NCBI GenBank assembly: GCA_964562425.1
Contig: CAZLTJ010000004.1
Coordinates: forward strand, 1 to 32,350
Source: an uncultured bacterium
Lineage (GTDB): Bacteria; UBP14; UBA6098; B30-G16
Direction: 5' to 3'
DNA: 32,350 nt
Numbering within the stretch: the first letter of the stretch is position 1; each line of letters begins with the position of its first letter. The position numbers and the translations under genes are program-made. Of this stretch, positions 8,218 to 17,400 are shown one piece after another. The notes beneath the pieces are model-generated. The model saw nothing but the letters and a program-made list of their open reading frames with translations, was not told where the DNA came from and did no database searches.

Positions 8218-9417
8218 ATGCCAGTATTTGACTATACAGGAAGGACGTCTTCCGGGCAAATAATCTCTGGTTCTATAGAAGCTAAAACAAAAGAGGAAAT
8301 TCTTCAATTGATGCACCGTCAGCGTATTGTTGTTACAAGAATTAGACGTAAAACTAACTTATCTGAAATTACAATTGGCACAGGTGTTAAGCTTATAGAG
8401 GTTTCAAGATTCACTAGGCAATTTTCAGTAATGATCGAGGCTGGACTACCGTTGGTGCAGTGTCTTGACATTCTTGCTACTCAAACTCCAAATAAAATCT
8501 TCGGTAAAATGATCGGTAGAGTTAGAGATTCTGTTTCAGAGGGCAATACCCTTGCAGCTTCAATGAGGAAGGAGAAAAAGATATTTGACGAACTATATGT
8601 AAATATGGTAGAAGCTGGTGAGTTAGGAGGTGCTCTTGACGTAATTCTAAAGAGATTAGCAGATTATCGAGAAAAAGCCGACCAGATTAAACGCAAGGTT
8701 AAGGGAGCTTTGACCTATCCGGTATTAGTCTTAATTATGTTGGTCATCATTTCTGGAGTTATGTTAACTTTCATTGTGCCAATTTTTGCTGGTATGTTTG
8801 AAGGATTAGGTGCAGAACTGCCAAAACCCACACAGATTGTTGTTGGAATATCTGATTGGCTAAGGGCTAATATTCTCATCCTTATAGTTTTAAATATTTT
8901 TTTTATTGTGGGCATAAAAGTTGGTCGAAAAAATCCCAAAATAAGATACATTTTGGATTGGATTGTTTTGCATTTTCCTTTGATTGGTTCTTTAATAAGA
9001 AAAAGTTCTGTAGCTCGATTTGCGAGAACTCTTAGCACACTTCTTTCAAGCGGAGTTAATATTATCGATGCCTTAACAATTGTTGCAAAAACTGCGGGAA
9101 ATGATGTAATATCTGCTGCAATTAATAATTCTGTAATTTCAATTTCTGAGGGTGAGACTATTACGAAACCACTTGAGGAGAGTAAGGTTTTTCCTCCAAT
9201 GGTTACTCAAATGATCAGTGTGGGTGAAAAAACCGGGAATATAGATGAAATGTTGTCAAAGATTGCAGATTTTTACGAGGAGGAAGTTGATGCTGCAGTG
9301 GAAACTCTTACAGCAATGATCGAGCCCTTGATGACTGTAATTATGGGTGTAGTTGTGGGTGGATTGCTTGTGGCAATGTACTTGCCTATGTTTGATATTA
9401 TTGGAAAGATTCAGTAA
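8218..9417 (+). CDS. pilC: Type IV pilus inner-membrane platform protein PilC (GspF family)
   Basis: FTRQFSVMIEAGLPL, EAGELGGALD, ARFARTLSTLLSSGV, GEKTGNID, AMYLPMF; follows pilT. Confidence 0.95.
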   Translation: MPVFDYTGRTSSGQIISGSIEAKTKEEILQLMHRQRIVVTRIRRKTNLSEITIGTGVKLIEVSRFTRQFSVMIEAGLPLVQCLDILATQTPNKIFGKMIGRVRDSVSEGNTLAASMRKEKKIFDELYVNMVEAGELGGALDVILKRLADYREKADQIKRKVKGALTYPVLVLIMLVIISGVMLTFIVPIFAGMFEGLGAELPKPTQIVVGISDWLRANILILIVLNIFFIVGIKVGRKNPKIRYILDWIVLHFPLIGSLIRKSSVARFARTLSTLLSSGVNIIDALTIVAKTAGNDVISAAINNSVISISEGETITKPLEESKVFPPMVTQMISVGEKTGNIDEMLSKIADFYEEEVDAAVETLTAMIEPLMTVIMGVVVGGLLVAMYLPMFDIIGKIQ

Positions 9418-9479
9418 AGCGAATTTATTCAACCCCCAAACTGTATACATTTGTATCATATAATATATATAACATTATT

Positions 9480-11210
9480 ATGCCAAAGATTAGGAAATAT
9501 GCTTTAAGTGAATGGCATTCAGAATTTTATCACAGTATCCGTCTACTTCTTATTTCGAGATTTCTCATAACGTTAATACTGTTCGGGATGGTTTTATTGT
9601 TCTTGCACGGTTCCACCGAACTGAGACTGCTTCTAATATTATACGGTGTTTTTACAGTAGGTTATCTTATATCTCTATATTTCTGGCAATTCACACAAAA
9701 AGAAGTAAACTTCAAATTCCTATATAGCATCCAAATTTTCTTAGAAATTCTTTTGGAAACCGGAATAATTCATTTCACAGGAGGAGCAACTAGTTCATTA
9801 ACAATTCTATTTGCACTAACAATTCTTTCGAGCGCGTTTGTATTTAAGCTACTGGGAACCACACTTACTGCAACTGGTGCAGTTCTATCTTACCTTATTT
9901 TAGCATACTTAGGATTTAAAAATATAATTCCAGTATATGGCTCACCAATGACAGAAGCCTCCCAAACAAATCCTGAGGCTTTGTTTTTTATAGCTTACAT
10001 TCAAGTGTGTTTTCTGTATATTGTAGCATTTCTTTCAGGCTATTTGTCACAGAAATTGAGTACACGTTTAGTTATATTAGAAAAAACAAGAGAAGAGCTT
10101 GCTCGAGTAAAATGGGATACCGATCAGATACTTCAACATCTTCGAGTTGGTCTTATAACGCTTAACTACAATGGGGAAATTATATATTTTAACAATGCTG
10201 CAGGTCGAATTCTTCAAATTCCCACCGCTAAAGCTATAGGCAAGAACTTTAAGAGTATTTTGGATGATCGTCTGTTAAATCTGAGGGAATTTCTAAATAA
10301 AAAGCTTTCTGAGGGTGTTGGACACTCAACTTTTGAGATGGATATCATGGATCGTTCAGGGAAAAACTTCCCAATCGATATTTCCATAGATAAACTTATA
10401 ATAAATTCGGAATTAAAGGGAATTATTATTTCTTTCGAGGATATAGCCGAGAAAAAGAAGAAAGAGAAACAAATTCAACGTATGAAGCGTTCAGCAGCGA
10501 TTGGAGAGCTTTCTGCGAGACTGGCTCACGAAATTCGGAATCCGTTATCCACGATTCGAGGTGGAGTAGAATATCTTGCACAGGATAGCGAAACTAAGCA
10601 AATTGATATGAGAGTTTTAAATCTTATTGTCAAGGAAAGCGATCGACTTACTAACTTTCTTGAAGAATTCTTGCTATTTGCAAGGTTAAAAGAGCTTAAA
10701 CCTGAGTTTTTAAAGAATGAATCAACTAATGTTAACTCTGAACTTGCTGAGATTATCAGTGCAATAAATTTTAAATCTATTACAAAGAAAGATATTAGAA
10801 TAGTAAACTCATTAGAACCGAATGTTTATGTCTTCTGTAGGAAAGATCATATACATCAAATTTTTATGAATTTAATAGACAATGCAATCGATGCTATTAC
10901 AGATAAGGGCAAAATTACAATATCGCTTAACGGATTAGCACCTGGGATTATCGATAGCGAGCAACTTTTAGGGATTGCTGTTGAAGATGACGGGAAAGGT
11001 ATTAGTTCAAAAGATTTTGATAATATTTTCGATCCTTTTTTCAGCACAAAAACAATGGGAACGGGTCTTGGCTTGTCAATAGTTCAGGGAATTGTAAATC
11101 AATACGGAGGACATGTTGAAATAGAATCTGAGTTGCAAAAAGGAACAAAAGTAATTTTTTACTTACCACTTGCAAAAGAACCAGATACCAATTATAATAG
11201 AAAAAAATAA
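9480..11210 (+). CDS. pilS: PilS-like membrane PAS sensor histidine kinase
   Basis: ~6 N-terminal TM helices including TGG motif, PAS domain, H-box LAHEIRNPL, N/G1/F/G2 boxes (NAIDA, DDGKGI, FDPFFSTK, GTGLGL); located after pilC. Confidence 0.75.
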   Translation: MPKIRKYALSEWHSEFYHSIRLLLISRFLITLILFGMVLLFLHGSTELRLLLILYGVFTVGYLISLYFWQFTQKEVNFKFLYSIQIFLEILLETGIIHFTGGATSSLTILFALTILSSAFVFKLLGTTLTATGAVLSYLILAYLGFKNIIPVYGSPMTEASQTNPEALFFIAYIQVCFLYIVAFLSGYLSQKLSTRLVILEKTREELARVKWDTDQILQHLRVGLITLNYNGEIIYFNNAAGRILQIPTAKAIGKNFKSILDDRLLNLREFLNKKLSEGVGHSTFEMDIMDRSGKNFPIDISIDKLIINSELKGIIISFEDIAEKKKKEKQIQRMKRSAAIGELSARLAHEIRNPLSTIRGGVEYLAQDSETKQIDMRVLNLIVKESDRLTNFLEEFLLFARLKELKPEFLKNESTNVNSELAEIISAINFKSITKKDIRIVNSLEPNVYVFCRKDHIHQIFMNLIDNAIDAITDKGKITISLNGLAPGIIDSEQLLGIAVEDDGKGISSKDFDNIFDPFFSTKTMGTGLGLSIVQGIVNQYGGHVEIESELQKGTKVIFYLPLAKEPDTNYNRKK

Positions 11211-11379
11211 GGGAGATATATTTGAGAAAGTGCGTTTACTTAATTCTCTCGATTAATTGAAGTATAATCCTAATATTACAATTATCATTTAAAAACCTCA
11301 ATCTATTTCCATTGGCACTTTTACTCTAATAATTTTATTTCAAATATACATTATTAACATTTAAATGGAGGAGGCTAAG

Positions 11380-14300
11380 ATGTTGTATTTGTTTAAGGTT
11401 TTGAAGAAGTCTAATCTTCTACAATGTGCTCTTTTATTCCTTATTATTATTTGCGGCAATGCAGTTGCTGAAGACACTCTCTGGCAAACAGATTGGTATA
11501 TGGGTGACGGGCAAATTTCTATTGATAGGAATTGGAACGACGCATATTGGGTGTCGGATAGTTTGAATATCGTCAATCATCGTATATGTTTTGTAGCAGC
11601 AAATATTGACTATAGTCATACAGGTTGGAAGTTAATTAAAATTGCTGGTCGTCCTCCAGAATTCCATGCAGCTTTCTATCCATATGATTTTAACGACGAT
11701 GGGAAAAATGACTTTCCAGTTATACTTCCAGACGGATTATATATCTGTTTTGCCGAATCCGATTCATTTGAATGTCATAAAGTTTATAATATTACACCAA
11801 TTTTTAACGATATCACCTTTACATATCCCTGTGACTGGAATAATGACGGGAAAACGGATATATTATTCACACTAAACCGTAGAGGGATTTATGTGCTTTA
11901 CGATGATGACGACGGTAATCCACTTACTTGGGCATTCTCAACTTTGAGATCAATGCCCGGTAATTATATAGGCTTAGACCACGAAATTATTGATTTCGAT
12001 GGTGACGGTTTCCTTGATATTGTTACTGGGATGAATAATGTAAATGACCTTTGTATTATTTATGGTCCAAATTGCACGTCAATAGAAAATATTTATCATG
12101 AACACAGTTCGATTGGTCATATTGGATGGAGAACGATTGTCACAGATCTTGATGATGACAGTGATTTGGATATTGTTACAGTTTCGTCTCCAAGATACTT
12201 GCATATCTTTAGAAATGATGGAGATTCATTAACACTGTACCTTAGACACAACTTCATTCATTCGGATGGTTTAGCTGTGGGAGATTTCGATTTGGATGGT
12301 GACTTAGATGTAATTGTCGGACAAATTGAAACCAGCGAAGGTTTTTACCTTTTCCGTAATTTATACACAGAAACTGGTGTGTTTTCGTTTTCTGATTCTT
12401 CACGACTCACAACTGAAAGAGGATATTACGATGCTATCTGTATGCATGATTTTGACCTTGATGGTTTACAAGATTTAGCAAGTTGTGATAGTAAAGTAGG
12501 ATGGTTTAGATGCACGGGACCATTTTCATTCAGGGAATATGAAATTTGTACTGGATACGATAGGAGAGCAGATTTCGCTTACGCCTTTAATACAGAGCTT
12601 GCATGCGGTGATGAGGATGTGGATATAGCTTTTTCCTGTCGAGAAGGTTACTATTTCCTAGATAATCAAATGATAAGAAGATATTCATCTTATGGTTTTC
12701 TTGAATCCTCTGTTCTTCATATTCCACCAGAAAAATATGCGAAATCCTTTGGTTGGGTCGACTGCCTTCCAGATGGATTTGATATAGACTATTTTGTCAG
12801 ATTGGGAAACTCGGTTACAGCCTGTACAACTGAATCATGGACACGTGTGCCGATGTCCGGTATACCTCTCGAATCCATTGTTGACAATAGAACCGAAGAC
12901 TTTTTTCAATATCGAATAGAATTCCGACGCACAATCGGAGATAGCGCTGAATCACCAAGGGTAGATTCTATTCATTTAGCTCTTGAATATCGTCCTAATA
13001 TTAATATCACCTTTGCCGAGGAAACCGATTGCGACGACCGAAACATTGTGGAGATCTGTTATGAGATTTCGGGAGATTCTGTTCCATACGATGTTCAGTT
13101 GCATTTAAGCATAGATTCCGGAATAACGTGGACATTTCCGTTCGACTCGATCTGGGACTGTGAAGGTGATTTAGGAGATAGCATTTATCCCGGTGAGCAT
13201 TGTTTATTCTGGGAATTGGGGTATGATATACCGGGGATCGAGGGATATTATCCAATGCGGATTATCGCATCCACTGATGAATTCGATTGCGTTTGTAGCA
13301 ATATATTTGATGATCCGCTGAGGTATAATGGAACTATACCTATATGTTTAATTCTTGGCAAAATACCCGGAGTATTAACTGACATAAACACGAATATAAC
13401 CTATAAATTAGGAGACACAACAAGAGGATTGGAGTGGTTCCCTGATACTACAGATACCAATTTTTCTTCATATTTACGAGGTCACATTAACTTCACACAT
13501 CGTTACAGTTGGTCGGATGGTCATCTCTATATATATTATAATTTATGTTCTCCTGTAATGTACGATACGCTAAAAATGATATTAAGAAAAGACGATGATA
13601 TCAAGCTGTGGATCGATGGCAAGCTTATATTTGAGGAGCATGATCATCTTGGTAATATTGATTCACTTGAGCCACCTGATACAGTAATCGTAACATTAGA
13701 TAGCTGTAAATCACATTCTGTATTGATGTGGCTTTACGATGACTGGACAAATTGCATTATTTCGCACTGGTTCGAGGATTTGCACGGTAATCCCGCCACA
13801 TGGTTAAGATACAGCCTTGAACCGGATACTGGAACTCATTACATAGAAACAGTATCCGATACAACTGTTTATTTTGGTCCTCTCGACTCAAAACCACCAC
13901 GTGTTTCGTTGGACTGCCCTGATACGAGCGTTTTCGTTGGGGAGGAAATAAATATTTTGTGGGATGTTGAGGATTTATTTTTCTGCAACGACTCAGGAAT
14001 TATCATAGTTGAATACGGTTCAGAAACAGATACATATGATGTCGCAGATGGTCGGTTCGATTGGACAATTCCCACATCTATAGATTGCGACACAGCCATG
14101 ATAATTGTGGAATTACGAGATTCATTCTGTAATTGGGGATATGATTCATGTGAAATAAATATTTTAAGACCAGGTTACATTTCAATTTCATTTGGTGATA
14201 CAATAGGGAAGAGATGCCGACCGGTTGTTGTCCCTTTGACGATAGATTCTGCGGATGCTTTTATAGGCAGTATAATGATAAATATCGAAGTTGACACCAC

Positions 14301-15411
14301 AGCAGCAATACCTATGAATTTTACCCCAGTGTATTCTCCGATGCCGTGTTCAACTGTATTGACAGGCGATGGTGAGTTATGGACATTGGAGCTTTTCTGG
14401 CCTATGAGAATTACTGTTACACCAGGGATTTTGGGCTATATAAATTTCATGATTAATTGCCCGGCCAAAGCAGGCTTTTTCACTATAATCGACATAACCT
14501 CGTCAATTGCAGATTACGCTGATGTTTACTGGCGTGACGGTTCGATAATAGTCGACTACAAGTCGGAATCTTGGTTGACGACTCTGCATTTTAGAGATAT
14601 TTCATCGCCGAAACGAAATGCTGAGCTAACTTTTGGAGCTAATTATTCAGCATCGGATAGTTACGATCCATTGGTGGACCTGCTTTATCTCGCACCTCCA
14701 CCCGACGGTCTTAGGATTTGGTTTGATATTGACGATCCTGTATTTCCTGCAGTAAGTCAACTTCACAGAGACGTTAAAGATCTGATGACAGAAAATGTGT
14801 GGACAGTGATAATAGACGATCCTGCAGGAACTTACGTCAACTGGAATAGCTCGACTTTCACTGAGGGCATTTATATATTAAATAACACTCAGGATATGAG
14901 AGTCGACACGTGGTATATGGCAGAACCGTTTGAAACTCTTATAATTAGCTGGGATTTACCTCGGTTAGAACTCGACACAATAGCAATAAAGTCCGGTTGG
15001 AATATGGTTTCACTGCCTGTATTCAATCCCATTTCGAAGAGTAATTTCGTTTTCCGAGATATTCTGTCAGGACCGTTTGAGTATAACATAGCCACCAGTA
15101 CGTTCTTTTTCCCAGAATTCGTAGCTCCAGGGCATGGTTATTGGGTTTACTATTTGACAGACAAAGATGTCATCCTTGTCGGCAACAAAGTTGAATTGGT
15201 AAAACGTAATTTTGAAAAAGGATGGAACTTAATCGGTGTGCCGGGTAAACAATATGCCTCCTCGGAAATAGATTTCGATGGAGGGACATTAATTTCCGTA
15301 TACGGATACGAGCCGTCAACAGGAATGTTCTTCGAGCCAGACACTTTGATTCCCGGTCAAAGCTATTGGTTATTGGTGGATACTACAGGAGTCGTCGAGA
15401 TCCCGAGGTAA
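11380..15411 (+). CDS. Large secreted/surface protein with FG-GAP/VCBS repeats, PA14-like and cohesin-like segments and a C-terminal GWN-repeat pair
   Basis: SD GGAGGAGG before ATG 11380 (ORF track starts at 11365); signal peptide ending AVA; 6-7 DxDxDGxxD loops; KDDDIKLWIDG; twin GWN(M/L)(V/I)(S/G)xP...PGxxYW motifs. Confidence 0.85.
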   Translation: MLYLFKVLKKSNLLQCALLFLIIICGNAVAEDTLWQTDWYMGDGQISIDRNWNDAYWVSDSLNIVNHRICFVAANIDYSHTGWKLIKIAGRPPEFHAAFYPYDFNDDGKNDFPVILPDGLYICFAESDSFECHKVYNITPIFNDITFTYPCDWNNDGKTDILFTLNRRGIYVLYDDDDGNPLTWAFSTLRSMPGNYIGLDHEIIDFDGDGFLDIVTGMNNVNDLCIIYGPNCTSIENIYHEHSSIGHIGWRTIVTDLDDDSDLDIVTVSSPRYLHIFRNDGDSLTLYLRHNFIHSDGLAVGDFDLDGDLDVIVGQIETSEGFYLFRNLYTETGVFSFSDSSRLTTERGYYDAICMHDFDLDGLQDLASCDSKVGWFRCTGPFSFREYEICTGYDRRADFAYAFNTELACGDEDVDIAFSCREGYYFLDNQMIRRYSSYGFLESSVLHIPPEKYAKSFGWVDCLPDGFDIDYFVRLGNSVTACTTESWTRVPMSGIPLESIVDNRTEDFFQYRIEFRRTIGDSAESPRVDSIHLALEYRPNINITFAEETDCDDRNIVEICYEISGDSVPYDVQLHLSIDSGITWTFPFDSIWDCEGDLGDSIYPGEHCLFWELGYDIPGIEGYYPMRIIASTDEFDCVCSNIFDDPLRYNGTIPICLILGKIPGVLTDINTNITYKLGDTTRGLEWFPDTTDTNFSSYLRGHINFTHRYSWSDGHLYIYYNLCSPVMYDTLKMILRKDDDIKLWIDGKLIFEEHDHLGNIDSLEPPDTVIVTLDSCKSHSVLMWLYDDWTNCIISHWFEDLHGNPATWLRYSLEPDTGTHYIETVSDTTVYFGPLDSKPPRVSLDCPDTSVFVGEEINILWDVEDLFFCNDSGIIIVEYGSETDTYDVADGRFDWTIPTSIDCDTAMIIVELRDSFCNWGYDSCEINILRPGYISISFGDTIGKRCRPVVVPLTIDSADAFIGSIMINIEVDTTAAIPMNFTPVYSPMPCSTVLTGDGELWTLELFWPMRITVTPGILGYINFMINCPAKAGFFTIIDITSSIADYADVYWRDGSIIVDYKSESWLTTLHFRDISSPKRNAELTFGANYSASDSYDPLVDLLYLAPPPDGLRIWFDIDDPVFPAVSQLHRDVKDLMTENVWTVIIDDPAGTYVNWNSSTFTEGIYILNNTQDMRVDTWYMAEPFETLIISWDLPRLELDTIAIKSGWNMVSLPVFNPISKSNFVFRDILSGPFEYNIATSTFFFPEFVAPGHGYWVYYLTDKDVILVGNKVELVKRNFEKGWNLIGVPGKQYASSEIDFDGGTLISVYGYEPSTGMFFEPDTLIPGQSYWLLVDTTGVVEIPR

Positions 15412-15529
15412 AGTGGAAAGTTGGAATATTAAAACGACTGTGCCAATTTGACATAAAAAATTCTCTTAAGAGAGATCGATTATTATTTTAAAATATCCGG
15501 TAAAAGTGTTTCAAAAGCTAATATATTTT

Positions 15530-15545
15530 TGGCATGAATTTTGCT
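15530..15545 (+). promoter_or_regulatory. Sigma-54 -24/-12 promoter upstream of the PorX-like gene
   Basis: TGGCATG-AATT-TTGCT with correct spacing, 55 bp before ATG; imperfect palindrome TGCCAA-T-TTGACA at 15441-15453 as possible UAS. Confidence 0.75.
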
Positions 15546-15600
15546 CAAATACTATAGAATTATAAATTAAAATTTATCTGATTGAATTAAGGAGGATTTG

Positions 15601-17169
15601 ATGGAGCCTAAAAAGATATTATGGATAGATGATGAAGCAGATCAACTGAGAGCCCATATAAAATTTTTAGAGAAGCGAGGATATAGTGTATTAGTAGCAC
15701 TTAATGCCTTGGATGGAATAGAAATGATAAAATCGTCTCATCCTGACGTTGTCTTTATGGATGAAATGATGCCGGGAATGGATGGTTTAACTGCAATTGA
15801 AGAAATTAGAAAGAACGACAAACGAACTCCAATTGTTATGATTACAAAATCGGAAGAGGAAAATATAATGGTAGAAGCAATAGGTCAGCAAATTGATGAT
15901 TATATTGTTAAACCTGTAAATCCTCTTCAGATTCTATCTGTACTGAAAAAAATCCTTCATAGTCATGAAATTGTAGGTAATAAGCTCACTCGCGATTATA
16001 CACAGGAATATAGCGAAGTTTATGAAAAAATTTCGTCAAAAGCTGGCTATGAGGAATGGTATGAGATTGGGAAATGGCTTGCGGAATGGGATGTAATCCT
16101 TGATAAACGACCTGACCTTGAGCTTACTGAATCACATAGGAATTTCCGAAAAGAATTTAATACTGATTTCTCCAGCTTTATTCTCAAGAATTATCTCGAA
16201 TGGATCTGGAGCAAAATGGGTAATAGACCTACGTTATCAGTTGATATTTTCAAAAAATTTGTTATGCCTAATATAAGAAATGGGAAAAAAGTAGTTTTTG
16301 TTGTAATCGATTGTATGAGATACGACCAATGGTTAATTGTAGAACCATTGCTATCAGAGTATTATAACATAGAAACTGAGCTATATTTCTCAATAATTCC
16401 CACCGCCACTCCATATGCAAGAAACGCCTTGTTTGCTGGTCTTTTCCCCTATGATCTGCAACAGACATATCCGAAAATCTGGGATAGAGGTCATAAAGAC
16501 TCAGGTTCACACAATAGATATGAGCATGAGCTTATGGATCGTCAATTGGATAGATATGGAATAGAGCTTGATGGAGAAAGCAAATACATAAAAATTCTTG
16601 ATCCCGAGGAAGGTGAGAGTTTAGTAAGGAGGTTAAGCACATTTGTTTCAGCACCACTTTCAGCAATTGTAGTAAACTTTTTGGATATTTTGGCTCATTC
16701 AAGAGCGGTGTCAGATCTACTTCGGGAAATTTCGCCTGATGAAACTGGTTATAGAACTGTTATGAAAACATGGTTCCAACAGTCAGCTCTTTTCGAAGCA
16801 TTAAAGAGAACCGTTGAAGAGAAAGATGTAACGGTTATCATTACTACAGATCACGGCAGTACAATAGGCAAAAGAGGTGCAAAAGTTTTCGGTAAAAAAG
16901 ACACATCCACAAACCTAAGATACAAAGTTGGGGACAACCTGAATACTGATAAAAGAGGTGCATTCCTTATCATTGAACCTAAAAAATGGAAACTTCCAAT
17001 ATTCAGTGTAACAACAAATTACATAATTGCATATGAGAATTATTATCTGGTGTATCCTACAAATTTTAGTGAATACGAACGTCAATATAGAAACTCCTTC
17101 CTTCACGGTGGAATATCTATTGAGGAAATGATGATACCAGTATCAATTTTAACACCCAGAAAGCAATAA
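15601..17169 (+). CDS. porX: PorX-like response regulator (receiver plus PglZ/alkaline phosphatase-superfamily domain)
   Basis: KKILWIDDE receiver, phosphoacceptor FMDEMMPG; PglZ motifs VIDCMRYDQW, PTATPYARNA, NFLDILAH, TTDHG, HGG; SD AAGGAGG at 15589-15595 (ORF track starts at TTG 15598). Confidence 0.85.
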   Translation: MEPKKILWIDDEADQLRAHIKFLEKRGYSVLVALNALDGIEMIKSSHPDVVFMDEMMPGMDGLTAIEEIRKNDKRTPIVMITKSEEENIMVEAIGQQIDDYIVKPVNPLQILSVLKKILHSHEIVGNKLTRDYTQEYSEVYEKISSKAGYEEWYEIGKWLAEWDVILDKRPDLELTESHRNFRKEFNTDFSSFILKNYLEWIWSKMGNRPTLSVDIFKKFVMPNIRNGKKVVFVVIDCMRYDQWLIVEPLLSEYYNIETELYFSIIPTATPYARNALFAGLFPYDLQQTYPKIWDRGHKDSGSHNRYEHELMDRQLDRYGIELDGESKYIKILDPEEGESLVRRLSTFVSAPLSAIVVNFLDILAHSRAVSDLLREISPDETGYRTVMKTWFQQSALFEALKRTVEEKDVTVIITTDHGSTIGKRGAKVFGKKDTSTNLRYKVGDNLNTDKRGAFLIIEPKKWKLPIFSVTTNYIIAYENYYLVYPTNFSEYERQYRNSFLHGGISIEEMMIPVSILTPRKQ

Positions 17170-17239
17170 GTATAAAAAATAATTTTGATAATTTATACAG
17201 AAAGCGAATGGACTAATCTCATAAATGATTCCCCTTATT

Positions 17240-17267
17240 AAGGCAGATACTATGTCTGCCTTTTTTT
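17240..17267 (+). terminator. Intrinsic terminator after the PorX-like gene
   Basis: AAGGCAGATA-CTA-TGTCTGCCTT followed by a T-tract. Confidence 0.85.
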
Positions 17268-17268
17268 A

Positions 17269-17296
17269 TTGACATTTTGTAATAGGATTTTATAAT
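17269..17296 (+). promoter_or_regulatory. Sigma-70 promoter of the ABC operon
   Basis: TTGACA-16 bp-TATAAT, both hexamers perfect. Confidence 0.85.
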
Positions 17297-17400
17297 TCAG
17301 GTCTATATCCCATGTGGTTGCAGTATCTCTTCCTGATTTCTAATTTCGGATAAGAAATAGCATAGCAAATCAAGAGTATCAAAATCTGTAGGGAGCCATA

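Noticed and set aside
11313-11328. Sigma-54 promoter before the large surface protein (TGGCAC)
   Set aside because: No TTGC -12 element at the required spacing.
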